Part shown: piece after piece, positions 21,280 through 31,520 of the stretch
Layout of the letters: the number at the start of each line of letters is the position of its first letter
Numbering within the stretch: position 1 is the first letter of the stretch
NCBI GenBank assembly: GCA_042408215.1
Contig: JAYFMW010000003.1
Span: 475,264-539,263, forward strand
Direction of reading: 5' to 3'
Source of the DNA: Microcoleus sp.
GTDB lineage: Bacteria > Cyanobacteriota > Cyanobacteriia > Cyanobacteriales > Microcoleaceae
DNA: 64,000 nt
Translations under genes and position numbers: made by a program
The notes under the pieces: model-generated
Databases searched by the model: none
The model's input: only the letters and a program-made list of their open reading frames with translations
What the model was told of the DNA's origin: nothing

Positions 21280-23148
21280 CTATTTCTGATTCTTGATAAT
21301 ATCCTCCAGCTTTTTACCTGGAGGAAGTTCGGTAAAAACCCGATCGCCCGCTTTTGCACCCTCTAAAATCTGAATCTTATTACCAATAGTCGAACCAATC
21401 GTAACTGGCTGAAACTTCGGCTGTTTTTTCTCATCGGGAATCAACACACCAGTTTGACCTTTATTAGTCACAATTGCCACAGTCGGCACAACTAAAGCAT
21501 TGCTCAACTTTTGACCAACAAATCTCAAATCTACGTTCATCCCCGACTGCAACAAATCTTTGCCCGTGTCAATGGCTACGCGCACTTGAAATAGCGTCAC
21601 ATCCCGTTCTTTAACTGCTTCTGGTGCAATCAATTTAACGCGACCTTTAAACACCTTATCTGGATAAGCATCAGCGACTATTTCAACTACTTGACCCGGT
21701 TTAATTTGACTGATATCCGCCTCCGGCACTTTCGCTAAAACTTCCACATCTCTTGCTAGAGCCACAATCGATGTTGAAGTTGCCGAAGTAGCATCCGATG
21801 CCGAAGTTGCCGGAGTCACAAAAGCTCCTTGAATAGCATACCTTTGGGTAATCACTCCAGCAAAGGGAGCGCGAATTTTAGTATCTTCTAGCTGCACTTC
21901 TTGATAGTGGACTTGAGCTTGGGCTTCGGCTAAGTCAGCTTTAGCTTGAGCTATTTCTTCCGGGCGAGAGCCATTTACTTGTACTGCTAATTGGCTTTTT
22001 GCTTCAGCAACTGCTGCTTCAGCTTTAGCTATTTCTTCTGGACGATTGCCGTTTTCTACTTGTGCTAATTTGCTTTTGGCTTCGGCAACTTCTGCTTCGC
22101 TTTTAGCAATTTCTTCCGATCGCGTCCCGTTCTGCAATTGCTTCAATCCTTGGCTCTCGACTTCAACAGCAGCTTGCAGTTGCTGGATTTGCGACAGCCG
22201 ATTTTCTTGCAGTTGTTGCAGACGTCTTTCGGATTCAGTTAATTTAGCTTGGGCAGTACGATTTTCTTTAATTAATTCATCCAGTTTATCTTGAGCCAGA
22301 GCACCTTCTTTTACTAATGACCGATTGCGTTCCACACGTTGAGCTGTGAGTTCGGCTTGGGCTTTACTCGATTCAATTTGGGTTTGTGCTTGGGCAATTT
22401 CTTGTTTTAAACTACCCGTTTGAGCATCTGCTAAACGAGCCTGAGCTTGGGCTAATCGAGCTCGCCCTTGGCTGACTTCTTCCACGCGGGTGCCGGCTCG
22501 CAGTTTTTGCAAGCCGGCTTGAGTTTGCTGCAAGCGGGATCTGGCTCCTGCGACTTCTTCAACGCGACTCCCGGCTTGGAGTTGGGCGAGACTGGCTTCG
22601 GCTTGATCTAAGCGCGCTTGAGCACTGGCGATGTCTTCCGATCGATTCCCGGCTTCGATTTTGGCAAGTTTGGCTCTAGCGCTAGCCTCGCGGGCTTTGG
22701 CTTGAGCGAGTTGGGCTTCTACGTCGCGACTTTCCATGCGAGCAATAATTTGTCCTGCTTGGACTTTATCGCCCTGTTCGACAAATAATTCTGCGATCCG
22801 CCCGGAGCCTTTGGGGCTGAGATTCACGCGCTGTACGGGCTGCACCGTGCCGCTAGATGTAATCCGCACGGTGAGGTTTTGCGATTCCACCGGGACAGTC
22901 ATGGTGGCGATCGCATCTACTTTCGGCTGCGATTTACTATTTACTATATATATGGTGGTCGGCACAGCTAGCAACCCGGCTGCAACCAGCCCAAGAGCCC
23001 ACCGATTCGGCTTCGGCGCGAGTTTCTTGGGGGACTGCTTTTGGGGGGTTTTGGCATCCGCAATCTGGGTATCTACGGTCTTGGTGTTTACAGCCTTAGT
23101 CTCTTCCACCTTGACCTGAGCTGCTTGCTTTTTGGGGCTAACGATCAT
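21280..23148 (-). CDS. Periplasmic adaptor / membrane fusion protein (HlyD/MacA family) with long coiled coil
   Basis: N-terminal TM, VNLSPKGSGRIAELFVEQGD lipoyl-like motif, repeated GxRxEE heptads, IRAPFAGVI; start uncertain (ATG 23148 chosen). Confidence 0.9.
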   Translation of the reverse strand: MIVSPKKQAAQVKVEETKAVNTKTVDTQIADAKTPQKQSPKKLAPKPNRWALGLVAAGLLAVPTTIYIVNSKSQPKVDAIATMTVPVESQNLTVRITSSGTVQPVQRVNLSPKGSGRIAELFVEQGDKVQAGQIIARMESRDVEAQLAQAKAREASARAKLAKIEAGNRSEDIASAQARLDQAEASLAQLQAGSRVEEVAGARSRLQQTQAGLQKLRAGTRVEEVSQGRARLAQAQARLADAQTGSLKQEIAQAQTQIESSKAQAELTAQRVERNRSLVKEGALAQDKLDELIKENRTAQAKLTESERRLQQLQENRLSQIQQLQAAVEVESQGLKQLQNGTRSEEIAKSEAEVAEAKSKLAQVENGNRPEEIAKAEAAVAEAKSQLAVQVNGSRPEEIAQAKADLAEAQAQVHYQEVQLEDTKIRAPFAGVITQRYAIQGAFVTPATSASDATSATSTSIVALARDVEVLAKVPEADISQIKPGQVVEIVADAYPDKVFKGRVKLIAPEAVKERDVTLFQVRVAIDTGKDLLQSGMNVDLRFVGQKLSNALVVPTVAIVTNKGQTGVLIPDEKKQPKFQPVTIGSTIGNKIQILEGAKAGDRVFTELPPGKKLEDIIKNQK

Positions 23149-23361
23149 AACCGACTCACCTAATTTAATCTCAGGATTACTTTTAAGGTAAAATTTTTGC
23201 TGATGCTTGGCATCGTCTTTGAGACTCATCCGATCGGGTGATTTTAAAAAAAGTTCCCCAACCAGCATCTATAAAGAATTATAGCTAATTTTTGCAACTT
23301 ATTAAAAAATGTTAAGTTTTCTCAGCTAAAAGAGCTGGGATCGAACAAGTGCGATCGACGA

Positions 23362-23514
23362 GGCGTGTTTTCTCGATCCGGAGATCCCCCCTAACCCCCC
23401 TTAACAAGGGGAGTAGGGGAGTAGGGGGTGTGGGACAAGATCACTCTTGCGTCCCCCTTCTTAAGGGGGATTTAGGGGGATCTGAATCTGATTGTCAAGG
23501 CAAGAAAACACGCC
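23362..23514. mobile_element. MITE-like element (GGCGTGTTTTCT TIRs) enclosing the CCCCCTTAAGAAGGGGG-type hairpin core
   Basis: GGCGTGTTTTCT at 23362 / AGAAAACACGCC at 23503; internal core shared with other repeats in the window. Confidence 0.6.
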
Positions 23515-23671
23515 CTAGGGCTGGATTTTTTGAAGATTGGGGCGTTCCGGGGGCGGCGATCGGTAAACTTGGGTTGAGGCCACGCACTCTGTAACGGCGT
23601 CCTTGCTCAAAAACGAGTCGCTTAACAGGTTAAAATATTTGCCAATCGCGTAAAATTCACTCGATCGTAAA

Positions 23672-24091
23672 ATGAATCTTCCTCAAAGCGTTACAATTCT
23701 GGCAATTTTACAGCTAATTAGCGCAATCTTCAGTCTCCTTGACGGCTTGTTGATATTACTTTTTGCAGGCATTTTTGGCGGGCTTGGTGCTGTTGTCGGC
23801 GGGGCGAAAGTGGGAACTGTAATCGGCGGCTTTATTGCAATTTTTGCCGCGCTCAGTCTGATTTTAGGCCTCATCTCCTTAGTCTTAACTTGGGGTTTGT
23901 TTCAACTTAAAACTTGGGCTTGGACGGGAACGTTAATTGTTCACGTCATCGCCATAATCGCACAGTTGGCCAAAATGTTGGGTAGTGCTGGTACTGCGGT
24001 CAATTTTTTAACTCTTGGTTTTGCGATCGTTTGCATTTACTACCTGCTGCGGCCGGATGTTAAACAGGCTTTTGCGATCTCATCCGATTAG
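23672..24091 (+). CDS. Small multi-pass membrane protein of unknown function
   Basis: About four hydrophobic segments; PQSVTILAIL...WGLFQLKTWAW...YYLLRPDVKQAF. Confidence 0.8.
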   Translation: MNLPQSVTILAILQLISAIFSLLDGLLILLFAGIFGGLGAVVGGAKVGTVIGGFIAIFAALSLILGLISLVLTWGLFQLKTWAWTGTLIVHVIAIIAQLAKMLGSAGTAVNFLTLGFAIVCIYYLLRPDVKQAFAISSD

Positions 24092-24196
24092 TAATTAATT
24101 GAATTGCGGCGTTGCAGTTTTCCAATAATTAGGAATTTTATCAAAAAAAAACGTTTTGACCGATAATAAAAGGTTGTCCAATATCAAGAAAGTCCC

Positions 24197-25213
24197 ATGA
24201 ATACACAACAAGCCACAGATTTAATTAACCAACCAATTCGAGTAGGCGTGCTCGGCTACGGCGGACTCGGCCAAGCCGCCGCCCGGTTACTCGCTCCCAA
24301 ACGCGAAATGCTCTGGGTAGCCGCCGCCGATCAAAAAGGTTACGCTTATGGCCCAGAAGGCTTAAATTCCCAGAAGTGTGAGGCAATTTACAAGTCTCAA
24401 GGTTCATTAGGTTATTTGGAATCAGCGGGAATTTTGAGCGATCGCAGTATTCAAGAACTCATCCAAACAGCCCAAGGAGTAGACGGCTATTTCCTAGCAT
24501 TACCAAATCTTCCCAACACATTCATGGCATCTGTAGCCAGACAATTTATCGAATCCGGCTGGAAAGGAGTATTAGTTGATGCCATCAAACGCACCAGCGC
24601 CGTCGAACAAATTCTCGCCATGAAATCCGAACTCCAAGCAGCAGGAATTACCTACATGACAGGCTGCGGTGCAACACCTGGGTTACTCACAGCAGCAGCA
24701 GCATTAGCCGCTCAAAGTTACGCAGAAGTGCACAGCGTTAAAATCACCTTTGGAGTCGGAATTGCCAATTGGGAAGCCTACCGAGCCACCATTCGCGAAG
24801 ACATCGCACATTTGCCCGGTTATGATGTACCGAAAGCTCAAGCCATGTCTGATGCAGAAGTGGAAGCGCTGTTAGATACCACCAACGGTTTATTGAAGCT
24901 GGAAAATATGGAACACGCCGATGATATCATGTTGGAATTGGCGGGAATTTGCGATCGCGATCGAGTCACAGTCGGCGGCATCGTCGATACCCGCAATGCC
25001 AAAAAACCCCTGAGCACGAACGTCCAAATTACCGGCCGCACCTTCGAGGGCAAAATCTCAACTCACACCTTTACTTTAGGCGACGAAACCAGCATGGCAG
25101 CGAACGTTTGTGGCCCAGCTTTCGGTTATCTGAAAGCAGGTATCATGCTGCAAAGAAAAGGCATTTCTGGCTTATTCACCGCCGCCGAAATCATGCCTCT
25201 ATTTGTCAGGTAA
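24197..25213 (+). CDS. bioU: (S)-8-amino-7-oxononanoate synthase BioU (NAD(P)-binding, biotin synthesis)
   Basis: GVLGYGGLG Rossmann motif, [19 protein letters not shown] and [10 protein letters not shown], as in cyanobacterial BioU. Confidence 0.82.
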   Translation: MNTQQATDLINQPIRVGVLGYGGLGQAAARLLAPKREMLWVAAADQKGYAYGPEGLNSQKCEAIYKSQGSLGYLESAGILSDRSIQELIQTAQGVDGYFLALPNLPNTFMASVARQFIESGWKGVLVDAIKRTSAVEQILAMKSELQAAGITYMTGCGATPGLLTAAAALAAQSYAEVHSVKITFGVGIANWEAYRATIREDIAHLPGYDVPKAQAMSDAEVEALLDTTNGLLKLENMEHADDIMLELAGICDRDRVTVGGIVDTRNAKKPLSTNVQITGRTFEGKISTHTFTLGDETSMAANVCGPAFGYLKAGIMLQRKGISGLFTAAEIMPLFVR

Positions 25214-25786
25214 TACCAATTTAATGGGTCGTTGCACAGATCTCGATCCCCCTAAATCCCCCTTAAGAAGGGGGACTTTGAGAAGAATCTTGTCCCACCC
25301 TTATTAAGGGGGGCTGGTAATACCAATTTAATGGGTCGTTGCACAGATCTCGATCCCCCTAAATCCCCCTTAAGAAGGGGGACTTTGAGAAGAATCTTGT
25401 CCCACCCTTATTAAGGGGGGCTGGTAATACCAATTTAATGGGTCGTTGCACAGATCTCGATCCCCCTAAATCCCCCTTAAGAAGGGGGACTTTGAGAAGA
25501 ATCTTGTCCCACCCTTATTAAGGGGGGCTGGTAATACCAATTTAATGGGTCGTTGCACAGATCTCGATCCCCCTAAATCCCCCTTAAGAAGGGGGACTTT
25601 GAGAAGAATCTTGTCCCACCCTTATTAAGGGGGGCTGGTAATACCAATTTAATGGGTCGTTGCACAGATCTCGATCCCCCTAAATCCCCCTTAAGAAGGG
25701 GGACTTTGAGAAGAATCTTGTCCCCCCCTTATTAAGGGGGGCTAGGGGGGATCAGATTCTATGCAGCCTCATAAAAAATTGGTATA
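25209..25786. repeat. Tandem array of five 107-bp units of an ATACCAATTT-ended MITE-like repeat (only the last copy complete)
   Basis: Units start at 25209, 25316, 25423, 25530 and 25637; single copies occur at 38457-38601 (inverted) and 62763-62907. Confidence 0.92.
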
Positions 25787-25808
25787 AGCTAAAAATCATC
25801 GTCCTGGA

Positions 25809-26080
25809 CGCACTCTAACCCAAGAAACCGGGTTTTTTGTGAGAATACTGGTTATAGCCTTTAATATCGGTAAAAACCCGGTTTCTGACCACCCCGCACT
25901 CTAACCCAAGAAACCGGGTTTTTTGTGAGAATACTGGTTATAGCCTTTAATATCGGTAAAAACCCGGTTTCTGACCACCCCGCACTCTAACCCAAGAAAC
26001 CGGGTTTTTTGTGAGAATACTGGTTATAGCCTTTAATATCGGTAAAAACCCGGTTTCTGACACCCCGCACTCTAACCCAA
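25809..26080. repeat. Tandem array of three 86-bp units containing AGAAACCGGGTTTT...AAAACCCGGTTTCT hairpins
   Basis: Units start at 25809, 25895 and 25981, with a partial unit at 26066. Confidence 0.9.
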
Positions 26081-26213
26081 ATAAGAATAGTTGAGATTTT
26101 TGATTTTTACTAGATCGCGGTTAAACTGTATTAATTGGTTTACTAAAAATTGTTTTCGAGACGCAGAATAATCAGTAACAATCTGGTTAACTAAAACATG
26201 GAGATAAGTAATC

Positions 26214-26696
26214 ATGGCAGAAGTTGAAGTTCTTGTAGAGAGTTTGTGGGAACTTGATGAGGATCAGCTAGAAGCTCAGCTAGGCGATCGTGCACAAGCC
26301 ATAGGGGATGATGTTGCTGGACGTGGAGCAAAAGGGGTAGACCCAGCTTCCTTGGAATCTATTGATGTCAACGTTGCGGCTAGAGCATCCATCGATCCAA
26401 GATTGCTAGATGCTGGTCGCCAGCTTTTCGATCGCATAAACCCCTTAGCTTACGAACTTATGTGCAAACCCCTCGGTGGAGACAATGCAGAGACTCAGAA
26501 GATTTTAGATGAAACAATCAATCAGAACTATACCAAAGCGGCTGGGATGTTGGCTCCTGTTTTAGTCAGTGGACTTGGGTTAGCTCCTGTCCTTGCTACT
26601 CTTCTTGCAACTTTAATTATCAAAAAGATTGCAAATACGGGTGCTACAGCAATTTGCGAGACTTGGGAGAAAACTTTAGCAAAACCCGCAAGCTGA
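26214..26696 (+). CDS. Hypothetical 160-aa protein with acidic N-terminus and C-terminal hydrophobic hairpin
   Basis: GGAG upstream; AAGMLAPVLVSGLGLAPVLATLLATLII hydrophobic stretch; convergent with the caspase cluster. Confidence 0.8.
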   Translation: MAEVEVLVESLWELDEDQLEAQLGDRAQAIGDDVAGRGAKGVDPASLESIDVNVAARASIDPRLLDAGRQLFDRINPLAYELMCKPLGGDNAETQKILDETINQNYTKAAGMLAPVLVSGLGLAPVLATLLATLIIKKIANTGATAICETWEKTLAKPAS

Positions 26697-26720
26697 GTTA
26701 TTTACAAAGATTGGTAATAC

Positions 26721-26830
26721 AGTCCTGGACGCACTCCGACTCCTCGAAACCGGGTTTTTTACCAAATCTGCGCGCTGTAACGCATCTTCTCGCAAAAAAC
26801 CCGGTTTCTGACCACCCGTGCGTCTAGGAG
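26721..26830. mobile_element. MITE-like element with AGTCCTGGACGCA-type TIRs
   Basis: AGTCCTGGACGCAC...GTGCGTCTAGGA; the same ends flank 38305-38397. Confidence 0.6.
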
Positions 26831-27028
26831 TATCATAAAAACTCTGTGAGGCGATCGCACTTTTGTACTCATATCGTTTCTGGTTGTACCGGAATGATTT
26901 AACCGCAGAGAACACAGAGGACACAGAGGGAGAGAATAGAGATCTGAATAATTCCGATGCTACCGGATTTGATATCAGAGGTTTTGTCGGGCGATCGCAC
27001 TTATCTACCCATATTTGCTGCTACGGCG

Positions 27029-30000
27029 TTAAAAACTTTTATCTTTTCCAACTACTTTTGGCACATCGTCGCATAGGCGGCGATCGCTCTTACTAACATT
27101 GGGGTTATTCTGCAAATAGTCACGCACGCGATCGCAACCTTGTTCCAGTAGTTCATCGATTCCTCCTATCCGCCACAACTTAGCAGTGCCGTCCTTGCCA
27201 AGAGTAGCCATTAAGTTGCCATCAGCACTAAGACTTATATTAGTGACTTCGCCTTGATGTTGAGCTTTGAAAGTAGTCAATAATTTTCCTGACATATCCC
27301 ATACATGGATATCAGAGATAGCATCGCCGCCCACACCGATGTTCGCACTAGCTAATAAGTTACCCTGAGTATTAAGACCGATACTATTGAATGTGTTCCC
27401 AGCACCTTTAAACTTAACTAATTCCTTTCCTATCCCAGCCCCCAATTCACTTAAGAAGATATTGCCTCGATCTTGTGGGAACAAGTCGGTAGGTAGTGAA
27501 TTCGCCACTAACAGCCTGCCATCGGAGCTAAAACCAATAATACGCCTAGTTTCACCCAACTTATCGTTAGGACTTACCTTGTCGGGCAAGATTTCCCAGG
27601 TTTTATTATTCAAATTAAACAGATGGATAGTACCATCATTCTCCACGACAGCCAATTGCTTACCATCAGGACGAAAAATAAGCTGGCTAATTGTTTTTTC
27701 AAAATTTCGGGATTTATACAACTCCTTCCCATTCGTGTCCAACAGGCGAATCGTACTATCTTTACCAACTGCCGCCAATTGCTGACCATCAGGGCTAAAA
27801 ATGATTTGACTAATTTTGCCTTGAAAATCTACAAATCGCTTCAACTCATTAGCATTCAAATCCAACAGACGGACAGTGCCATCACTCTCTAAAACAGCTA
27901 GTTGCTTACCATCTGGACTGATGCTGATACTTATTAAGTTCGGAATTTTGCTTAACTCTACCACTGGCTTGTTCTCTATTTCCCACAAGCGAATGGTATG
28001 ATCGTTACCTCGACTCGCAACTTGTCTGCCATTAGAGCTAGAAATAACCTCACGAATACTACCTTGATGGCCTTTAAGTTCAAATTGCAATGCTTGAGAC
28101 AAACTTGATTTAATCGAAGAAGGATCATAAACATCAATAATACCATCACCCTCTTGACCGATAATCAGATGACTACTGGCATCAAAAATGATACTTGAAG
28201 CTCTGCTTATACGTGTAAAATCATTCCACGATTTATCATCTAAACTTCCAAAGTACGCACTACTCATGTCCGCTCCAAAGTCAGCTGCCAAGTGTTGACC
28301 ATCAGGGCTGAAAACGAGATTGCCAAATAATGTCAAGTGAAAATTTTTGAACTCCGCCAACTTCTTCCCCGACACAAAGTCTGACAAGCCGAGGGTATCG
28401 TTAGATTGGGTAGCTACAACTAGCTGGTTGTTGGAGTTAAAGCTAATACTACTGAAATTGTCTTGAGATTTTTTTAATAGCTTTGGTTCACTTTCCGATA
28501 AGTTCCACAGGTAGATAGTCATTGCATAACCCGTCTTAATTCCCCCATTTACATAGGCTACAAGCTGCTTACCATCAGGACTGAACCTGAGCCCACGGTC
28601 ATATACATGGGAATATGTAGACTGTGGAATAGAGGCTACAAACTTTGGTGGCTCTTCTTGTTTTCCTTCTGAGTTCCACAGGCGAACTGTCCCTTGCTCG
28701 TCAATGGTTGCTAATAAGCGACCATCCCGATCAACATCAAGTGTTACTTTACCTTTATGTCCTGAAAATACTTTGGATAGTTTTTGTCCATTCAAGTCTT
28801 GTAAGCGGACAATACCATCATTTCCTGCTGTAGCAATCAGTAACGTACCATCAGGCGTAAAAAACATCTTATTCAAGTCTTGAGGCACTTCTATGCGGTT
28901 ACGTTCTTTAGCTACATAGAATACCTTTCGCAAAGTTTGTAACACTTGAGGTTGAAGCTCAGTGTCTGGTTTTAAAAATGGTAGCTTACTTTCTGGCTTG
29001 AATAAGGATAAGTATCCAGGCCAATCTTTAAGATATTTCTGTGCTCGTAAGCTATCAAGCAACGCATTTAACTCTTGGTTGGGTAAGTTTGCTTCTGCGG
29101 ATAGTCTAGTAGCCCTGATTTGACCTATCAGTGCATTTCTCTCTCCAATCAAAGAAAATACTAAACCTGTACCTAACCCCAGCATTACGCCTAATGCAAT
29201 GCTCCAATTCCGACGAGTATTAAAGCTTTTTCGCCCGACACTGCGCCGCACAAACTCCGCTTCTAATTTGTTCAGCCAGTTGTCCTGGGAATTGAGCTCC
29301 TTTTTGAGCAAATCAAGACGTGGGTTAGCATTCCAGAGATATTCTGCCTGTTGCTGGCTTTCCCACTCTTCAGCGGCAGGTGTCAACCGCCGTTGCAAAA
29401 GTAAACTCTCTTCATTCTCCTGTTTCCACCTCAGCAGCTTTTCCCACCCCCGCACCAAAGCATCATGGGCCGGTTCCACATAGGGATTCCCCTCCGCATC
29501 TTGCCCTTTCACTAACAACCTGGCTGTGCTAAAATGCTCAATTACTTCTTTAACTAAACTATTTCGATCGGGCGGATATTCCAATTCCGATAACGGGACT
29601 TGTCTACGCGCTAACTCACCCCCACCCAGGGCTACCATCCGCAACATCACATCACGAATAACGTGGCTATAAGCTGGATTTTCTTGAACTAGCACCTGAT
29701 ATTCCTCATCAGCTCTTTGAGTCAGTGATAGGATTACTCCTCCCAAGTCTTGATAATCTTCTTGAGTCAGCGCCCGGTCAATTGTTATACCTTCGTTTCC
29801 TGCATCCCATTGTCGCTTTAAATACTTGAGATAAAGTTCGCTCAAAGCAAAAGACAGCAGGGGCAATGCTCCCGGCATATCCGCCACTTCATTAATTAAT
29901 TGTTCTACTAAATCGTGGGGTTGAAAATACATTACCCGTGTTTCTGCGGGTTTCTCAATCGCTTCCCTCAAATCCTTTCGTGTCATCGCGGGGACCATAA

Positions 30001-31471
30001 ATCGTCCGTTGAGCCAACGACCTTTAAGCACTGTATTTCCTACGTTATAGCCTGTGGGGATAAACTGTAAGCCAGCATCTCTAACTTGGGCTTCAAAGTC
30101 AGAACGTAGGCTTAACACTACCCGTAATTTATCCCGATGGGCGTTAATTGCTTTAAGTATTTGTTGGAAAAATTCCTTGCGCTCATCCTCATCTTGACAG
30201 AGTGTAATTATCTCTTCGCTTTGATCGATAAAGATTAATAACTGGGAATTGGGATGATTTTTAGCCAAAACCGCAATACTTTGACTCAGAGTTTTTTGTT
30301 TATTTTGTAATTCAATTTTGGGTAATTGGGCATCAACAAGGGCATTATTCAAGGCTTGAAAAGGTGTTTCTCCGGGGCGGATTGGTGATATAATACACCA
30401 TTTGTCGCTTTTTTCCTGTTTCAATTTAGGAATTAATCCGGCTTTTACCAAACTGGATTTACCTGAACCCGAAGCACCCAAAACCACTGTTAGAGGATTA
30501 GTTTTGACAATATTTTGTAACTTTTCTATTAGTTCGTTTCTACCGAAAAACAGTTTGTTGTGTTCCTCTTCAAACGGTAACAAGCCGCGATAGGGATTTT
30601 TGGAAACATCTAATGGTGGTGCTGGAGGTAGATTTAGCGCGTGTCCTGGTGTCAGGAAAATGTACTCGCCTTTATCGTGTTTTTTGAGGGAATGAATCCC
30701 TGGCGTCTGACGGATCGCACGAGCTTCTGTGGCAATTTCAATGCGATCGCGCAAATACACATAGAGATCGGTTGCCGTAATTACACCATCTCCCGCAGGC
30801 TTACCGGGTGCTGCTGGTGGAAAAGCATCGGCTTTACCCTCAAGTGCTTCTATCAACGCATAAGCAAAGGGTGAATGGCTTCCAATTTGTCCGCGATCGT
30901 CTTTCAGGTTAAAAGCATCCCATGCAGATTGATCGTGGGAAGCCGAAGTTAGAACTTGCCATGCTGGGTCTTGAATGAAGCGATCGTAGCGTTCTTTGTG
31001 GATCGTACCTAGTTCGATCGGAATCGCTTTGCGTAGACTTGACCAGCGAAAAGCACCCGCAAAACAACAGTCAAGAATACCTAAAAAGTGACGACAGGGA
31101 AGTTGAAGCAAGGCTTTATTCACCTCTGACATCGGCAGGTAAGTGCTAACATTGCCCAAGCGAGCACCTGGAGGAATCAGATAGCCTTCGGGGCCATCCT
31201 CGCCATTGAGAGCAATCCCATGTCCAGCATAGTAGAAAAGAAAGCGATCGCCCTTTTGAATTTGTTGTGGCAATTCTATCTCTAATACCTGCCGAAGTTG
31301 GCTGAGGTTAGCTGCTTGATTCAGCAGCAGAGTAACATCGTAATGATGCTCGGTTTCGAGGATACGAGCGATTTCTGTCGCATCACTGACAGCAGTTTTA
31401 AGTGAAGAAATACCGTTGTTGTAGTCGTCAATGCCAATGATTAGGGCGTAGCTGTGTTCAAAGTTTGACAT
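27029..31471 (-). CDS. Caspase-like peptidase C14 + STAND (nSTAND1-like) NTPase + TM + WD40 repeats
   Basis: ALIIGIDDY, FYYAGHG (His), ILDCCFAG (Cys); NPYRGL..F, FFGR, GASGSGKSSLVKAG Walker A, IDQSEE Walker B, LPLLSFALSELY, HDALVRGW; many FSPDG...IRLW repeats. Confidence 0.93.
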   Translation of the reverse strand: MSNFEHSYALIIGIDDYNNGISSLKTAVSDATEIARILETEHHYDVTLLLNQAANLSQLRQVLEIELPQQIQKGDRFLFYYAGHGIALNGEDGPEGYLIPPGARLGNVSTYLPMSEVNKALLQLPCRHFLGILDCCFAGAFRWSSLRKAIPIELGTIHKERYDRFIQDPAWQVLTSASHDQSAWDAFNLKDDRGQIGSHSPFAYALIEALEGKADAFPPAAPGKPAGDGVITATDLYVYLRDRIEIATEARAIRQTPGIHSLKKHDKGEYIFLTPGHALNLPPAPPLDVSKNPYRGLLPFEEEHNKLFFGRNELIEKLQNIVKTNPLTVVLGASGSGKSSLVKAGLIPKLKQEKSDKWCIISPIRPGETPFQALNNALVDAQLPKIELQNKQKTLSQSIAVLAKNHPNSQLLIFIDQSEEIITLCQDEDERKEFFQQILKAINAHRDKLRVVLSLRSDFEAQVRDAGLQFIPTGYNVGNTVLKGRWLNGRFMVPAMTRKDLREAIEKPAETRVMYFQPHDLVEQLINEVADMPGALPLLSFALSELYLKYLKRQWDAGNEGITIDRALTQEDYQDLGGVILSLTQRADEEYQVLVQENPAYSHVIRDVMLRMVALGGGELARRQVPLSELEYPPDRNSLVKEVIEHFSTARLLVKGQDAEGNPYVEPAHDALVRGWEKLLRWKQENEESLLLQRRLTPAAEEWESQQQAEYLWNANPRLDLLKKELNSQDNWLNKLEAEFVRRSVGRKSFNTRRNWSIALGVMLGLGTGLVFSLIGERNALIGQIRATRLSAEANLPNQELNALLDSLRAQKYLKDWPGYLSLFKPESKLPFLKPDTELQPQVLQTLRKVFYVAKERNRIEVPQDLNKMFFTPDGTLLIATAGNDGIVRLQDLNGQKLSKVFSGHKGKVTLDVDRDGRLLATIDEQGTVRLWNSEGKQEEPPKFVASIPQSTYSHVYDRGLRFSPDGKQLVAYVNGGIKTGYAMTIYLWNLSESEPKLLKKSQDNFSSISFNSNNQLVVATQSNDTLGLSDFVSGKKLAEFKNFHLTLFGNLVFSPDGQHLAADFGADMSSAYFGSLDDKSWNDFTRISRASSIIFDASSHLIIGQEGDGIIDVYDPSSIKSSLSQALQFELKGHQGSIREVISSSNGRQVASRGNDHTIRLWEIENKPVVELSKIPNLISISISPDGKQLAVLESDGTVRLLDLNANELKRFVDFQGKISQIIFSPDGQQLAAVGKDSTIRLLDTNGKELYKSRNFEKTISQLIFRPDGKQLAVVENDGTIHLFNLNNKTWEILPDKVSPNDKLGETRRIIGFSSDGRLLVANSLPTDLFPQDRGNIFLSELGAGIGKELVKFKGAGNTFNSIGLNTQGNLLASANIGVGGDAISDIHVWDMSGKLLTTFKAQHQGEVTNISLSADGNLMATLGKDGTAKLWRIGGIDELLEQGCDRVRDYLQNNPNVSKSDRRLCDDVPKVVGKDKSF

Positions 31472-31520
31472 ATAGCGAGCCTAAAAAATTTGTAAGAGTT
31501 TGTAGGGGTAGGCCCCCGTG

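Noticed and set aside
25209..26080. Possible CRISPR arrays (107-bp and 86-bp periods)
   Set aside because: No variable spacers; the units match dispersed MITE-like repeats elsewhere in the window
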